From Eledone cirrhosa (Eukaryota): DNA of 64,000 bases. Of this stretch, positions 59,478-64,000 are shown piece after piece. Position 1 is the stretch's first letter. Every line of letters starts with the position of its first letter. The DNA is taken from NCBI GenBank assembly GCA_964016885.1, contig CAXHJY010001492.1, positions 1 through 64,000 on the forward strand, written 5' to 3'. Position numbers and translations under genes: made by a program. A model generated the notes under the pieces. That model was not told the DNA's origin, ran no database searches, and worked only from the letters and a program-made list of their open reading frames with translations.

Positions 59478-59860
59478 GTCGAAGTGGGCTTCTTCCGAAA
59501 GGTCTTTGGTGTAATGTTACTCTAAAGATTGCGTAGTTCGGAGATCAGAGAGGGGCTCCATTTAGAGTGCCTACTTTTCCGAATTGAGAGATCACAGCGC
59601 CGAAACTATGGTCATGTGGTTACAATGCCACAAGAAAGAATTGAAATGGATTTCAACTGAAGTATTTTGGGAGTAATGTTACGCAATAGATTGCATAGTT
59701 CGAAGATGAGAGAGTGACTCTAGGTAGAGTGGCTACTTCTCAGAATTGAGAGATCACAGCTCCGATACTACCAGCATGTGGTTAGAATGTCTCAGGAAAG
59801 AATTGAAATGGGATTCCTCTGAAGTGTTTTAAGAGTAATATTACTCAATAGACTGAGTAA
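59478..59860 (+). pseudogene. RTE LINE ORF fragment amplified as a 162 bp tandem repeat (about 2.2 units)
   Basis: EVGFFRKVFGVMLL*RLRSSEIREGL...RIERSQRRNYGHVVTMPQERI. Unit anchors gtaat at 59511, 59673 and 59835. Confidence 0.75.
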
Positions 59861-60261
59861 TACTGAGTAAAACATTACATACTTTTGTTTTATTTATCAT
59901 CATCTACCCTTTATACATTTTTACGGCATTGTACCGGCTTTCTGAATCTTAACAGTCATTTAAAATTTCTTGTTTAAGACATTGCTATCATGTGGTTCCA
60001 GTGAATCTGGCAGCTATTTCTAACTGGTCTCATCTTGCTAACTAAAAACAAAAATAATAATAATAACTTTCAAGACAACCATAGTAACCCTTGCTTTATA
60101 TGAACCGTTGAATGTTTGCTTGAGTGTGTTTTTATCTGACGACTTGACCATAAGCAGTTCTCAGCCATGAAAATAATAAACTAGAAACCACGACAAATCC
60201 CAAATCTTGCTCCTATCATTTGCTCTCCACTATTCTTCACATCTCTCTCTCTACACTAGTC

Positions 60262-60298
<37 letters not shown>

Positions 60299-60954
60299 TC
60301 TAATATATCTCTCTCTCTCTGCCTCACTCTCACTCCTAGTCTAATATATCTCTCTTTCTCTCTGCCTCACTCTCACTCCTAGTCTAATATATCTCTCTTT
60401 CTCTCTGCCTCACTCCCACTCTCTCTCTCACACATACACACAGAAACATAATATTCTCTCAACGTATATCTGTCACTAATGCTCTATCATTACTTAACTT
60501 TACATCTGTCTTTAATATTTCCTCTTCAACATGATTCTTTCGGCGATGTTACATCCAATTAACAGGCTTGTTTACCAACATCAAGAAAGCAAAATTGCAG
60601 CGATTGCACATTTCGCTATCTGACGAATTCCATAGTTAAACAGCTTAAGTAAGGATCTGCTCTGAACTTTCGTTGATCCTGAATTATTCAACCATTATCA
60701 CAGAAGATGACTAACAATTCTACGCCGAAATTACAAAGCAGGATACTTTTAATAAACAACCACTTGGTTTAATAGGAAAACTATAACGTGGTCTCCATCG
60801 ATTTTTGTATGTGTGTACACTATGGCAAATATACAGATGTATGTGCTTGCATGTATGTGTGTATATGTGCCTGTGTGTTGTATGGGTGTGTGTGTGCACA
60901 TCTAGAAAATGTATGTCTATATATGTATAGGAATTCGTTGATATATATGCTTCA

Positions 60955-61012
<58 letters not shown>

Positions 61013-61758
61013 CATGTGTATTGTATGTGTGAGTGTGTATGTTTGTCTATGCGTTTGTGCATGTTAGTATGTGTGTGTACATTATTTCGCGGCCTAAAGT
61101 CTCTTAATTCACCTAAAACTGTATATAGTATTTACACAGTTATAACGAGGTAAAAAGAGAGAGGGAGAGAATGTGTGTGTGAGAGAAGGAGTGTGTATGG
61201 GTGGGTGTGTGAAAGGGGAAGAAAGAGAGTAAAAAAAAAGGAAAGAGAAATTAGGAAGGATTTAAGAAAAGTGGAAGGGAGTAGAAAGAATGTCCTGTTG
61301 ATAAGATAGTAAGGTACAATTAGTATTGAGTTTAAGACGAGGAAAACTGGAATGCTTATGTGGGAGTTGAAAATTGACAAATAGGGGGCGTAAGGTTGGC
61401 TAATTTATACATACATACATATATGTATGTATGTATATATATATACACACATATCTACACATACATACAGTCTATATATGTACGCCTTGTGTTGCATATT
61501 TATACAAAATAACTCGCAGACTCACGTACACATACCCCCCTCCCCCGACACACACATATAAGTTGGGTTTATTATGTACGTGTATATACACACACACATT
61601 TATACATGTGTGTGTGTGTGTGTGTGTAAATGTGTGTGTGTGTGTGTGTATCTACATAAAGGCAACTCACTTTTAATTGACAAGGTAGAGTGAAGAACGA
61701 TTGATGATTAAAAGGAAGATATAAAGTAAGGACGAGTGTTTATAAGTGTGCGATATAT

Positions 61759-62240
61759 TGGTGGTGGTGGTGGTGTGGTGGTGGTGGTGGTGTCGTGGTG
61801 GTGGTGTTGTGGTAATGGTGGTGGTGGTGGTGGTGTTGCAGTTATATAGCTTGTTACTGTTGTGGTGGTGGTGGTGGTGTTGCAGTAATATAGCTTGTTA
61901 CTGTTGTGGTGGTGGTGGTGGTGGTGGTGGTGGTGGTGGTGTCGTGGTAATGGTGGTGGTGGTGTCGTGGTGGTGGTGGCGGTGTTGCAGTTATATAGCT
62001 TGTGACTGTTGTGGTGGTGGTGGTGGTGTTGTAGTTATATAGCTTGTTACTGTTGTGGTGGTGGTGGTGGTGGTGTCGTGGTGGTGGTGGTGGTGGTGGT
62101 GTTGTGGTAATGGTGGTGGTGGTGGTGGTGGCGGTTGTGGTAATGTTATTGGTAGTAGTGGAGGTGTTTGTGGTAGTGGAGGTGGTGGTGGTGTTGGTGG
62201 TGGAGGTGGTTGTGGTTGTAGTGGTGTTGGTATTGGTTGG
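61759..62240. repeat. (GGT)n array with a recurring GTTATATAGCTTGTTACTGTT module
   Basis: Four copies of the module within (GGT)n. Confidence 0.92.
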
Positions 62241-63384
62241 TGTCGTATACAGCAACCAGAACCCGTGTTATTGATCAAAAGTAAAGAATTTAAAGAGAAC
62301 ATTTTGAGATGATGTCATGGCTAGCAATTCTTTTGATTAGGTAGATAGATTCTTTGGTAGTAAGTTCCATAGTCCGTTTTTGTGATTTAGTGAGATGATA
62401 CTACATCAGAAAAGTGTTAGAACTTACAAACTGTCCTTTAATTCATTCATTCATTCATTCATTCATTTATTCATGTATTCATTCCCCTTTTTTGGTTCCT
62501 CTCTCTGCAACAAAACCCCGTCTCAATCTTCCATTGATCTTCACTACTTATCTTCGCCATACTTTCTAATATAAACTTCTTTGTATACTTCTTCACATAC
62601 TCATTAAACCTGGAATTCACCCCAATGTACATTGTGTCATCTGGTTTGAATTTTGTGTGTGTGTGTGAATTTCTCGTTCATTCGTTCAGGAAATATCTGA
62701 TATTGTTACTCAGTGACTCAATCAGTCATTCAAGCACCATTTCAGTTACTCACTCAATCTTCTTATCAATTATAGTGTATCGAGAATATGACGGTAAAGT
62801 GTGTGATCTCAATGTCGTTTGGCTTCTGTTTATAGCACACCGAGGGGAGATATACAGGCTCGCTCCTTCGCTTGTGTATTGTCAGTGGTGCTGACAATGT
62901 ATTTTGATTGTGGTGGTGTTGGCAGTGGCGTTGACAATATATTATGATGGTGGTGGTGGCGTTGAAAATGTATTACGGTGGTGGTGGTGGTGATGATGGG
63001 ATAGATGAGGTTCAACGGCATTCATGGTAATACTATGTGATTCTGTTGTTTTAGTTGTCTATTTAACCCTAGGCCAGCCCAGATTGAACAGTACTATAAT
63101 GATAAAAGAAATTCTAGAATAAAACATCACCACATTTTCTTTACAGAGAACCTAAAATCACAATATCCAATATCCAACTTTTCATTTCTAAAATAGTTGC
63201 TATTTCTAGCAGGTCGGTTCTCTGGCAGAGTAGTGACCTACCTCCGTTGGTTAGTATGAGATGGATGTGTATGGTGAGGAGGAGATTAAATAGATATAAT
63301 GACGTGTTGGGTTGGTGAAGTGCGACGAATTATAGACGCGTGTACAGATCCCTTCACACACACACACGCGAATATATATATATG

Positions 63385-63484
<100 letters not shown>

Positions 63485-63494
63485 GATATACATA

Positions 63495-63550
<56 letters not shown>

Positions 63551-63566
63551 GATAGATATACATATA

Positions 63567-63652
<86 letters not shown>

Positions 63653-63711
63653 CATACATATATATATATACATACATATATATATATACATACATATATA
63701 TATATACATAC

Positions 63712-63874
<163 letters not shown>

Positions 63875-63964
63875 GATATATATACATATATATATATACA
63901 TATATATAGATATATATACATATATATAGATATATATACATATATATATATATACATATATATA

Positions 63965-63998
<34 letters not shown>

Positions 63999-64000
63999 CA

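Noticed and set aside
60540-60760. Possible exon or RTE remnants (also 3380-3570 and 63250-63350)
   Set aside because: Only faint RTE-like peptide echoes with stops; too weak to annotate.

Overview
Very AT-rich eukaryotic intergenic or intronic DNA. The microsatellite load and SINE types suggest an octopus or other cephalopod genome (inference). It is dominated by (TA)n, (CA)n, (GA)n and trinucleotide microsatellites. No credible cellular protein-coding gene is visible; nearly all ORFs in the track are artefacts of simple repeats. Between the microsatellites lie many tRNA-derived SINE copies, RTE, CR1 and R4-like LINE remnants, and two Tc1/mariner-type MITEs. The most striking signal is a dense set of 100-350 bp islands embedded in (TA)n, from at least 8 sequence-unrelated families. 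Most carry a type I hammerhead-ribozyme fold (canonical, minimal or core-variant). Many have a 5' fold-back inversion whose junction lies inside the ribozyme. Several unrelated families share a GAGYRCTCT-like motif about 40-60 nt upstream of the (TA)n junction. This fits termini of Penelope-like retroelements (PLEs) or non-autonomous ribozyme retroelements targeting (TA)n. One family has a conserved non-canonical core (CAUUAGA). All folds were read by eye; no database search or folding program was run.
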